From Eledone cirrhosa (taxonomy: Eukaryota), in assembly GCA_964016885.1 (NCBI GenBank), contig OZ024740.1, positions 312,604,001 through 312,668,000 of the forward strand: a DNA stretch of 64,000 nucleotides, given 5' to 3'. Within the stretch, counting starts at the first letter, position 1. Every line of letters starts with the position of its first letter. Below are positions 10,660-24,820 of the stretch, one piece after another. The translations under genes were made by a program, and so were the position numbers. Below the pieces are notes generated by a model. The model saw only the letters and a list, made by a program, of their open reading frames with translations. It had not been told where the DNA came from and made no database searches.

Positions 10660-13600
10660 TTTGTAATAACGACAAATTCACCTCATGCTGCCGGACGAAA
10701 GGGCAAGGCCCCACCCTCTTTGTTGCGGCCGCGGATGGCCAACATAACCCCAACCCCATCCACCTCACCCCTCCCTGCACCCCACCCACCAAACGCAATC
10801 CAAAACTTCAGAGTTGGTACCATGAATGTAGGGACCTTAAAGGGTCGCTCTAACGAGGTTGTAGAAATGCTTGAACGTAAGGAGGTTGATGTCTGCTGTA
10901 TCCAAGAGACCAGGTGGAGGGGCGGGCCTGCTAGATTCATTGTGGGTAAAAAACGATGCTATAAGCTTTTCTGGGTGGGAAATGACAATGGGCTGGGTGG
11001 GGTAGGAATCATGTTAGCAGAAAAATGGGTGGATAAGATAATAGACGTAAATAGAGTAAACGACAGAATAATTAAAATAAGACTTGTTCTAAATAGAACT
11101 ACTGTGACGATAATATCTGCGTACGCGCCCCAATCCGAACTGCCTGGCGCTATAAAAGACACTTTCTATGAGACACTGATGCTCACTACCTCCCAAATAA
11201 TCGACAGTGACTATATAATTATTGCTGGCGACCTAAATGGTCACGTTGGACAACATTGTGACGGCTATGACGGAATCCATGGAGGCTATGGGTTTGGTAC
11301 TAGAAACGAGGAAGGCTCCAGAATCCTGGAATTCTGTGACGCAAATAACCTAACAATCTGTAACACTAACTTCAAAAAACGAGACAATCACTTGATCACC
11401 TACAGATCAGGGGAACATACCAGCCAGGTAGATTATATCCTTACCAGAAGACGTGACAGAGTGTCTGTTGTAAACACTAAATCCCTCCCCTACGAAGAAT
11501 GCACCTCCCAACATAGACTGATAATTAGCGACCTCATAGTCAGGACGAAACGTACCCAACAGCAGAAGAGGACTATCCTCAGGAGAAAAATATGGAAGCT
11601 AAAGGACCCCACAGCCAGAAATAAATTTCAAAGCATATTACTTGATGTTTTCGACAGTAAGGAAGAGCATTTAGAGTCGTACAATATAGAGGAACAGTGG
11701 GAATTCCTGAAAGCAAACCTGCTGATGGCAGCAGACGAAGTCTGTGGCCGGAGCAGGCCTATAGGCAGGAGGAGAGTAACATGGTGGTGGAACAGTAAGG
11801 TGGAGGAGTCGATTAAGGCCAAAAAGCAGGCTTGGAAAGTATGGCGGGATGGGGGAAGAAGAGAAGACTATCAAGTGGCCAGGAGGGAAGTTAGGAGACA
11901 AGTGTACTTTGCAAGAAGGGAAGCAGAGGACCAAAAACGTGAGGTGTTCAGGATTGCTAGGCAATGTGTCAAAGAAAACCGTGATATTGTCGGGGAGAAG
12001 TGTGTACTAAATGATGATGGCGTACTTGCCATCACTGACGCTGATAAGAAGGTAGCTTGGAAGTGTCACTACGAAAGGCTACTAAATGAGGAGAATAAAT
12101 GGGAGAAGGATAGTCTCACCCAGATCGATCCAATAGAGGGACCAGCAGTGTTAATTGAAGGTAGTATAATAAGTAAGGCAATCAAAGATATGATGACGGG
12201 TAAGGCGGCTGGGCCTTCGGAAATAGTTGCTGAGATGCTGAAAGCCTCTGGAACGGTGGGACACACCATGGTCACCCAGATAGTAAACCAAGTCATACAG
12301 AATGGGGTTGTTCCGAAGGACTGGCATAGCATCATCATCATTAACTGTTACAAGGGTAAAGGAGACGCCCTAGATAGGAGTAACTATAGAGGCATTAAAT
12401 TAATCGACCAGGTCATGAAGGTCACGGAAAAAGTAATAGTGCAACTAATCAGAGAGAGAATTGATCTAGATAAAATGCAGTTCGGGTTTGTGTCAGGCAA
12501 AAGTACCACAGACGCTCTTTTCATTGTACGACAACTACAGGAGAAGTACCTAGCTAAAAGTAAACCCCTATACTTAGCTTTTGTCGACTTGGAGAAAGCC
12601 TTCGACAGAGTCCCCCGGTCCATTATCTGGTGGGCTCTTAGAAAACTAGGTGTTGATGAATGGCTTGTGAGAGCTATACAAGCCATGTATAAAGAAACAG
12701 TCAGCAAGGTTAGAATTAACAACGAATATAGTGAAGAGTTTAGCGTAAAAGTTGGTGTTCATCAGGGCTCTGTTCTTAGCCCCCTACTATTTATTATTGC
12801 CCTACAGGCTATAACAGTGGAGTTCAAGACCGGCTGCCCATGGGAACTCCTATACGCAGATGATCTAACGCTCATAGCTGAATCAATGGCCGAGCTAGAG
12901 AAGAAATTCCAAACATGGAAGCACGGCCTAGAATCAAAAGGCCTTAAAATTAACCTGGCTAAGACTAAAGTTCTAGTTTGTAGGAAAGAAAATAAGGCGC
13001 CGGTCCCTTCCGGGAAATGGCCATGCTCAGTGTGTAGGAAAGGCGTAGGTAGAAACTCCATTTTATGTCCCAAATGCAAAGTATGGGTGCATAAAAGATG
13101 TAGTGGGATCACAGGTAAGCTAACTAAGAACATGGATTTTACATGTGGCCGGTGCTCTGGTGCAATAAGTAGCAGCAAGTGCCCACAAAATACTAGCTCT
13201 TTCAATTGCGCAGAGGGTTCTATAGAAATAGTGGACAGCTTCCGTTACCTGGGTGACAAAATCAGCAGTGGGGCAGGGTGCTCTGAAAGTACAGTAGCTA
13301 GAGTCAGAACTGGATGGAAAAAGTTCAGAAAGCTTATACCACTATTAGCCGCTAAAGGGTTATCCCTAAAAATGAAAGGCAGGCTGCATGATGCCTGCAT
13401 ACGAACAGCAATGTTGCATGGCAGTGAGACCTGGGCATTGTGTGCAGAGGATATACGCAGACTAGAGAGGAACGAAGCTTGCATGCTCCGCTGGATGTGT
13501 AATAGTAATATACGCGAATGGCAAAGCATAAACGAACTAAGGGAAAAATTAGAAATAAGAGGGATCAGATGTTGTTTAGTCGAGAGAAGGCTACGTTGGT

Positions 13601-14312
13601 ATGGTCACGTGATGCGCATGAAAGATGACAGCTGTATAAAAAAGTGCAGGGCAATAAAGATAGACGGTAGCCACGGAGTAGGCAGACCCAGAAAAACCTA
13701 GGACGACCTGATAAATTCCGACCTCACACACTTACACCTCTCCAAGACAATGTCACTGGACCGAGATCTTTGGCGGTACTCAGTAATAGAGAAGACCCGC
13801 CTTACCTGAATACAAAGTAAAAGCTGCTACAGTCAGTAGGCATCCCTAACAAAACACACCCCGTCCCACCACCCCCACCCCATCCACACCGCCCCTTTCA
13901 ATGTAAAGTTATGTTGGTGCCACAACATCCAGGCCGAAACAAATGAGATTGTGTAGGTGTCACGACAAAAAAACACAGTCCACGCTGTAATGCGGCCGTG
14001 TAGGCAACACGGTAAAAACCTCCCAGTCCCACACTGTAAATGTGGTTGGTGTTAGGAAGGGCATCCAGCTGTAGAAAACCCGCCAGACAGTCCACGCTGT
14101 AATGTGGCCGTGTAGGCAACACGGTAAAAACCTCCCAGCTCCACACTGTAAATGTGGTTGGTGTTAGGAAGGGCATCCAGCTGTAGAAAACCCGCCAGAC
14201 AGTCCTATGCGAGCAAGACAACCACTCTTGCCTCAAGTGGGAAAACTCCCGTCCAAACCCATGCAAGCGTGGAACATGGACGTTAAACGATGATGATGAT
14301 GATGATGATGAT
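10660..14312 (+). mobile_element. Near full-length RTE-clade LINE in the HBP1 intron between the two HMG-box exons
   Basis: One long ORF, then a 3' UTR carrying the GGAAGGGCATCC motif twice and a (GAT)n tail. The 5' boundary is approximate and no TSD was found. Confidence 0.93.
10735..13701 (+). CDS. RTE ORF: APE endonuclease + reverse transcriptase with internal PHD finger; premature TAG near the C-terminus
   Basis: APE motifs TMNV, IQET, SAYAP, GDLNGH, DYIL, SQH. RT motifs YRGI, QFGF, FVDLEKAFD, QGSVLSP, YADD, FRYLG. First ATG at 10735; the frame continues past the TAG to TGA at 13809. Confidence 0.93.
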   Translation: MANITPTPSTSPLPAPHPPNAIQNFRVGTMNVGTLKGRSNEVVEMLERKEVDVCCIQETRWRGGPARFIVGKKRCYKLFWVGNDNGLGGVGIMLAEKWVDKIIDVNRVNDRIIKIRLVLNRTTVTIISAYAPQSELPGAIKDTFYETLMLTTSQIIDSDYIIIAGDLNGHVGQHCDGYDGIHGGYGFGTRNEEGSRILEFCDANNLTICNTNFKKRDNHLITYRSGEHTSQVDYILTRRRDRVSVVNTKSLPYEECTSQHRLIISDLIVRTKRTQQQKRTILRRKIWKLKDPTARNKFQSILLDVFDSKEEHLESYNIEEQWEFLKANLLMAADEVCGRSRPIGRRRVTWWWNSKVEESIKAKKQAWKVWRDGGRREDYQVARREVRRQVYFARREAEDQKREVFRIARQCVKENRDIVGEKCVLNDDGVLAITDADKKVAWKCHYERLLNEENKWEKDSLTQIDPIEGPAVLIEGSIISKAIKDMMTGKAAGPSEIVAEMLKASGTVGHTMVTQIVNQVIQNGVVPKDWHSIIIINCYKGKGDALDRSNYRGIKLIDQVMKVTEKVIVQLIRERIDLDKMQFGFVSGKSTTDALFIVRQLQEKYLAKSKPLYLAFVDLEKAFDRVPRSIIWWALRKLGVDEWLVRAIQAMYKETVSKVRINNEYSEEFSVKVGVHQGSVLSPLLFIIALQAITVEFKTGCPWELLYADDLTLIAESMAELEKKFQTWKHGLESKGLKINLAKTKVLVCRKENKAPVPSGKWPCSVCRKGVGRNSILCPKCKVWVHKRCSGITGKLTKNMDFTCGRCSGAISSSKCPQNTSSFNCAEGSIEIVDSFRYLGDKISSGAGCSESTVARVRTGWKKFRKLIPLLAAKGLSLKMKGRLHDACIRTAMLHGSETWALCAEDIRRLERNEACMLRWMCNSNIREWQSINELREKLEIRGIRCCLVERRLRWYGHVMRMKDDSCIKKCRAIKIDGSHGVGRPRKT

Positions 14313-15113
14313 GTATTAGTTGTAGAGTGAGCACATCATCATCATCATCTTTTAATGTCTATTTTTCCACGCTAGCATGGGTTAGACAAGTTGTCCCGTT
14401 GTGAGGCACATCAGATTAGATGACCATGTCTTACTCACACAGAACTATCTTTGGCTTGCTTTGTGTGGACTGGGTACTTTTTGTCACCGACATGACTACC
14501 TTACCTATGGGTTTAAATACTACCGATGGCTTGGGTTAATCACCTAACTAGAAACAACTGATTATGAAAGTTGCATTGGGTGGAGGAGTATTGTAGCCAT
14601 TTGTTACTACAGTTAAACAATGATGATGAGAAAAGAATAAACAAAACTGTTGTGTTGAACATTGGACAGTGACTGTTTACTTAAATGGTTGAACTTTCAA
14701 CAGTACAGGTATCAGTTTTGATTTTTATTTCTAGAAGATATCACTATATATATCAGACTTCATTTTTTTCTTTTATGAGTCAGAAATGGAGATAGACCAA
14801 TTGTCTCTTATAGGCCACCTTAACTAGGAATATTGATAATTTCATAAAATTAGTATAGTTTCTTTTATTGGCTTGTTATTTGGATTAGAATTAAATTTGT
14901 TTTGAAAGGTTTTGTCAAGCTGCCCCATAGTCCTTTATTAAACTTAAGTTATCTCGCTTCTAATATTGTTGCTTCCTGATTTGAAGAATTTGTTTATTGT
15001 TTATGTTAATCCTGATTCTGTTTAACTGAGACGGGGTGTTTTTTCCAGTAGAGGACACCCGCCCTTCCAAAACCAACAAAAACAAATATATTTTGACTTT
15101 CTTTCTACTTCAG

Positions 15114-15258
15114 AGCCATCAGTGTTATGCTGGGAGACAGGTGGAAAAAAATGAAAACTGAGGAACGCAATGTCTTTGCTGAGGAAGCAAAATATTTGGC
15201 TGAACAGCTCAAGAAAATACACCCTGATTGTTGGAAAAGAAAATCTGTGAAAAGCTAG
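15114..15258 (+). CDS. HBP1: HBP1 last coding exon (second half of HMG box)
   Basis: CTTCAG|A GCC ATC...; encodes RAISVMLGDRWKKMKTEERNVFAEEAKYLAEQLKKIHPDCWKRKSVKS*. Confidence 0.95.
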
Positions 15259-15365
15259 TAATGTTGTTTAATCTTAAATTGATAATTGTTAATATTCATA
15301 TCAGCCAGTATCTGGGAGATATAAAGTTTAATTCCTCGTAGTGGCTAATGACAACTCTTTGTAAA

Positions 15366-15600
15366 GACACATGGCTTAGTGGTCAGAGCATTGGGCTTGT
15401 TATCGGGAGGTTGTGAGTTCGATTCTTGGACCGGGTGATGTGTTGTGTCCTTCAGCAAGACACTTTATTTCACGTTGCTCCAGTTTACTCAACTGTAAAA
15501 ATGAGTTATGACGTCACTGGTGCCAAGCTGTTTCGGTCATTGCTTTTCCCTTGGGCAACAATGATTGCATGAATGTTTATGCAGATATGGCGAGCCACAT
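15366..15600 (+). mobile_element. tRNA-derived SINE with CORE/Meta-like domain
   Basis: TGGCTTAGTGG A box, GAGTTCGATTC B box, then GTTGTGTCCTTCAGCAAGACACTT. Confidence 0.8.
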
Positions 15601-16179
15601 ATATTCTAGCCATTAGAAAAAGCAAAATGAATGCTTCACCTTTGAAAGAAGGATGACTGAAGATGAACAACTTTATCAGCATAGTTTTACTTTTTGATTT
15701 TATTTTTGATGTTTCATAAAAAAAAAAGAGACATGCAGTGTCCCCTCTCAAAAATTTCTTGGATTACAAAAATAAGAAAGAAGATTTGATATTCATCATT
15801 TTATATTTATATCAGTAAATCACATAAAGTCTATAGATTAGATAGAGGTTCACCTTTGACTCCCTGAAATTCCAACCCTTGGAAAATGTATAACAATCAC
15901 AACTCTGATTTCTTTTTCACTTAGATGTTTTAGACTGAAGAAACATCATTGTACACCTATTTAGAGATTATTTCATCACAATTTTAGCAAGTATTATGAA
16001 GGTTATGTTGATGAGGTCAGAATAAGACTGAAACATGTCAGCTGTCTCCTGTACTTATTAAAAAAATGAAAATAAAGTTAATCATTGGCTATATTGTTTT
16101 TTTCCCCACTGCATAATTATTTCTAATGAATTTTTGAATTTTCCCTGCATTTTCTTTACTACATTTCAAATGAAAAACA

Positions 16180-16950
16180 TTGTAAATGTGGTTGGTGTTA
16201 GGAAGGGCATCCAGCCGTAGAAAACCTGCCAGATAGTCCTATATGAGCGAGACATGGTCACCCGACCAGCCTTGCCTCAAGTGGGATAACTCCCGTCTAA
16301 GCCATGCTAGCGTGGAAAATGGACGTTAAACGAAGATGATGATGATGATGTCTATGATATTCCTTCGAAAATAATCTCAAATTTAAACGGATTTAGTAAA
16401 ATAACTAACTTTTTCGTTATTCAGCTGGCGCTTGGGGCATAACTTAACAAAGGCACTTACATAAAATTATAATTGAATGATTTTAGATAAATATATACTA
16501 TTTCCCAAATTCAAGCTGTGGGTACATAAAAGATGTAGTGGTATCACAGGCAAGCTATCAAATAATTTAGGTTTTATATGTGGCCGATGCTCAGGTGCAG
16601 TAAGTACCAAGTGCCCACTGGGACAAGCCTGTCTAACCTATGCTAGCGTGGAAGATAGACGTTAAACAGTGATGATGATAATCACTTTAAAGTAAACAGT
16701 TTTCTGTCATAGACCCACGGGTGGTTTCAAGAGGTTTGGTAACATCATCAACATTTAATGTCCGTTTTTCCATGCTAGCCTGGGTTAGAGGAGTTCCCAT
16801 TGTGAGACAATTCAGATCAGATGACCGTGTCTTACTCGTATAGAACTGTTTCTGGCATGGTTTCTACAACTGGATGCCCTTCCTAACACAAATCACATTT
16901 ACAGTGCTTTTTATCATGGCACGAAAATGACCACTTTACAGTGTGGATAG
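16180..16950. mobile_element. Cluster of short RTE-tail elements (16180-16350 +, 16490-16680 +, 16740-16950 -)
   Basis: Each carries part of the shared tail GGAAGGGCATCCAG...CCATGCTAGCGTGGAA...GACGTTAAAC(GAT)n. Confidence 0.8.
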
Positions 16951-17186
16951 ATCGCTTCTGTTGTAACAAAAGGGTTAAATATGTCAACTTAAATATTATG
17001 TATTCATGTGGATGGTATCTCTGAATTACTCCTTCATATTTCTTAGGTTTTCCATTTTTTCTTTATTTTCAGATCAATGCTGGAAAGACACAATTTTGTA
17101 AAGCCAACTTCAATGAAGGCAGCTACTGATCTCAAAGTGTACAACTAGCTTTGTCACTGCCATAAAACACAGCTATGCATACACAT

Positions 17187-17239
<53 letters not shown>

Positions 17240-17540
17240 GTATGTGTATGTGGTGTGAAGAAGAAAATATTTTCACTGAAAATCTCAAAACTATTGGTAA
17301 AATATATATAGCTCGGCTGAGCAGCAATAGTTTCAATATTTGGGCTGATATCTTCTTGAAAAAGTTCAGCCTAAAAAGAAATTTGGTTCAAAATAGATGG
17401 ATCCTATTTTATTTTTTCATTTAAAAAAAAATGAAATCTATCTTTGTTTTGTATATATTTCATTTTAAGAGTATTTTCTCTTTTAAATTTTTATGGATGT
17501 TCTGGCTATAATGTTTGATATTTATTTTATTATTGATGCA

Positions 17541-17577
<37 letters not shown>

Positions 17578-18319
17578 TTATTAATGTTGTTGTTAAGGTG
17601 AGGTAATAACAGAGTCGGTAGAGTGCTAGACTAAATACCTTACAGTATATAGTTCAATCGTTTTACATTCTGTTTTGAAATCCTGCTGGAGGTTGACTTT
17701 GCCTCAGATTCTTCCAGGGTCGATAAAATAAGAACTGGGGTAGATTTTACCCCCCACCCCATTGTGCCTATTGTACGGAATTGTTATTATTATTATTATT
17801 ATTGTAAAATAACTGGCATAATGACCAAGTGTGTTTAGTCACCTAGTAACTTATCATGCTGTGGTTACTATGCTATATCCTGGGCAAGACACTTCAATAT
17901 ACTTGCCTGTGATTTCATGTCTAATAAAAAGTTTTTATTACAATTACCACATATATATATAAATATATATATATATATAAACATATACACACATATTTAG
18001 GGATAACTGTACATTCATATGTGTATATGTATGCATAATACATACACACATATATGTATATAGATATACATATACACATGCTTCTTTCTGACAATAAAAG
18101 AGGAAAGATAATAATGTTTTGTTAGGCAGTGGTGAAGCTTTCATAAGTGAGATTATTCTGGTATTAGATTATCTTTGGTTTAGCATCTAAAACTATTTAG
18201 AACAGAGTAATATTTTCTGTATTTCTAGTGACTCCTTCGTTCAGAAACCTTTCATTCTGGAAACAAGATGGCTACCAGTTATGTCTTGTTGACCATTATA
18301 TCCAATATGGTGTTATTTT

Positions 18320-18500
18320 TGGTGGATTAGCAGAATCAGTAGAGCAGCGGACAACATACTTTGTGGCATATAGTTACGTCCTTTTATGTTCTGACTTCAA
18401 GTCCCGCTGAGATTAGCTTTACCTTTCATCCTTACAGAGTCGATAAAATAAAGTACCAGTAATGCACTGGCGTTGATTTAATTGACTTACCCCTTTGTAT
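18320..18500 (+). mobile_element. Nin-domain-like tRNA SINE
   Basis: GGTGGATTAGCAGAATC...CTTTCATCCTTACAGAGTCGATAAAATAAAGTACCAG. Confidence 0.8.
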
Positions 18501-18706
18501 ATTACCATAGATATATATAAATATATAGTTTGTAAGCTTAGTTAAATGAATTTATCTTTATATAAATGTGTGTGTGCATGCATGTGCGCGCACACATGCA
18601 GCAGGAGTATAATTCTGAAATTATTTTTGATCTTACCACATCAAAAAAAGAATGTTTGAGAAGTTAATCAAATTTATATATATATATATATATGGGTGGG
18701 TGTGTT

Positions 18707-18738
<32 letters not shown>

Positions 18739-19770
18739 AGTGTGTGTATATATTTGGGTGAGTGTGTTTATATATATATATATATATGTGTGTGTTTGTG
18801 TATAATAATTCTTAAGTGGAAATTAAAAAACCTCACATAACAAAAAGATTTTCATTAATTGTCCTCAAACGACTACTTCAAATCTTTAATTTATTTAAAA
18901 TTATGTTGTGTATTTGTATGTCTCTCTCTCTATATATATATAGATATATATATAGATATATATATATATGTATGTGCATGTGTGTATATATATATATGCA
19001 TGCATACATATGTGTGTATATACATATGTGTGTGTATATATATGTATATATATATATTTATACACACACACACGTGTTCATGTATGTATATAATGAGGAT
19101 GATATCTATATACATACACCTATGTATGCACACACATACAATTATATATGTATGTGTGTGTGTGTGTGTACATAGACAAACATTATACACCCACACTACA
19201 CACTACAGAGTTTATAATTTATCCAGAAGTTACCATGAAACACTGTTTAAACATTATCATTGAATGAAATTTTATTTTCTAGAAATCACTCATTAATTTT
19301 ATATTGGTAGAAAGTGAGTGTATTTTCCAGTTATATTGATTAACTACTCTCTCTTGGCCCTTAAATACTCTTAATCCTTCTCATCCCTTACATTAGAATA
19401 CTGAAGGGCAACATTGGTTTTTCATGTCAGTCTGTGTGTGTGTGTGTGTGTGCATGTATATGAATTTATGTATGTTTATATTTGTATATATGTATGTGTG
19501 CATTGCTCTTTACCTGCCCAATTTCAGAAAAAGACGAAAAGTTGGCCACTGAAAGTATTGACAAATCAGATCTTTTGGTCTTTTGGTCTTAGACTAAGGA
19601 AACAGCCTTGTATGTTGGATCTTGCTCCAACATTTTGATTTGGAAGATCAATTGTTGATCGTCTGAAACCTGTTTTTTTCTTCTCTCTAAATTGATTAGA
19701 ATTAATTGTAAGCTTCATCTTGAATTTGAATTTTTAGATATATTGAAATTTTCTCAAGTTATTGAAGACA

Positions 19771-19985
19771 TTAACCCTCTAAAATTTACACTATTCTATA
19801 TTTACTATTATATTTTTACAGAAAAGGCTTTATCTCACATAGTATTGAATCTATGAGATTTTGATATTATTTATTTTGAGAACAATATCGTAACATCAGT
19901 ATGAGTGACTGGTTACAGCTGGTTTGAACAGAAAGAGGTGAGAGAATTCTGGCCAGGTACAGCCAATTTAAATGCTAAGAGTTAA
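19771..19985. mobile_element. piggyBac-like MITE
   Basis: TTAA at both ends with CCCT.. / ..GAG termini; interior homologous to 48117-48332 and 51014-51237. Confidence 0.7.
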
Positions 19986-21547
19986 AACTTATAATGTACG
20001 TAAGCCAAATTTTCAGGCTTTTAAGCACTGAGTATATATCTATATATATCTATCTATATATATAGGATGATGTTTTCAAATGCACAGATGCTATAAAATA
20101 GGGGTGAAGACAGAAAGAGAAGTTGCTATCAGCCATTAGCACATCATCCTTTGTACTTATATATTAAAACTTATGTTTATTTAATAATTTAATTTATTTT
20201 TATGAAAAGAAAGTAAATGGATCTTTTCAGGCAGAGAGCTGTGTTTTTGCTGAATGTTAAACAGGTTGCAAAAAGGTCAGCAATTTTAACCATTTTGTTA
20301 TCATGTAAAATCTTCTCTCTGTGCTAGCATGAATTGGATGATTTTTCTGGTTTTTCAAATTATGATATTATTGGAGCAAGTATTTCCTCAACCTGGTGTC
20401 TTCCTTTACTAACATTCAGTTCTCTACATTTGAGACAAGTTATCTGAAATGTATAGAGCAAGGTTTCACCTTATGCCAGGCCTCTGTTATCTGTAGCTTG
20501 ACTTTAATTGTAGCTTGACTTTAATTGTCAACACTGCAAATAAATTATACTTGGAGGAATGTACGACCATATGTGTATGTTTGACAAAAAATTGGCCATT
20601 TCTTATCACCTCTTTGACATTGCCTTAAAACTAAAGTTTGTAGTAAGTTAGCTTAAAATTACTCATATATTTTTATCTTGAACATGTTTAAATCTGTTGT
20701 TTTATATCAGCTTGAGTTTGTTGTAGAATTTAAACCTTTCACATATTCATGATACATAATAAATACCAACCACTCAGCTGTGAAAGTAAAGGAGAATACT
20801 GAAGCATATGATATTACAATTGTACTTCAGTGAAGTTTTAATCCTTATCAGTATGTTTAAATGTCTGAATCTAAATGATGTATGTATATATATATATATA
20901 TTTTTTTTTTGTTATAAGCCATGTTATCCTTCAGAAAAAAAAAACTGTATTGTTGTTGGGTTGTGGGAGATATTCGTGTATTTGTTGGACCTTGTTGGTA
21001 CTCTCTCATCTACCAGATCTCTCTTCTTATTTTCATACATGATCTTGTCATTTCTATTACCATCAAACTCATTCTTTATGCCATCATATTTCATTAAAGT
21101 TTCATTGGGCAGATTGACTTTTTATAGACATACCAGATCAATACAATTGACTTTGTGACTTTTCCAGTCATCTGCCAAATCCATGAGAAAAGAAGGTGGG
21201 CGGTATATTTTTTTTTATCGAATTTTTTTTTTTTAATTTTGAAGAAGCTTCTATGAAATTTATTTTAAATTCTTTTCTTTGGGTTCATTGTTTCACAGAT
21301 AAGTTTGCTGACTTTAAAAACAACATCAAAAACCACACACAAAAAAAATATTTTTGTTGATTATTATTTAAGGGGAATAGTTTTATATTATTTGTTTTAA
21401 AATGTTGGACAAATTTATCATGTTACTTTTATAAAACTAAAACTAAAAAAAGAAACAAAACAAGACAGAAAAATATAAAAATGTGTGTTTGTTTGTGTAC
21501 GTTTATGTATGTGTGTGTATGTATCTTTCCCTCTCTCTCTCTTTCTT

Positions 21548-24820
<3,273 letters not shown>

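Noticed and set aside
10580-10735. HDV-like ribozyme expected at the 5' end of some RTE elements
   Set aside because: I could not build the nested double pseudoknot by eye; only a ~31-bp direct duplication is visible. An Infernal or RNArobo search would be needed.
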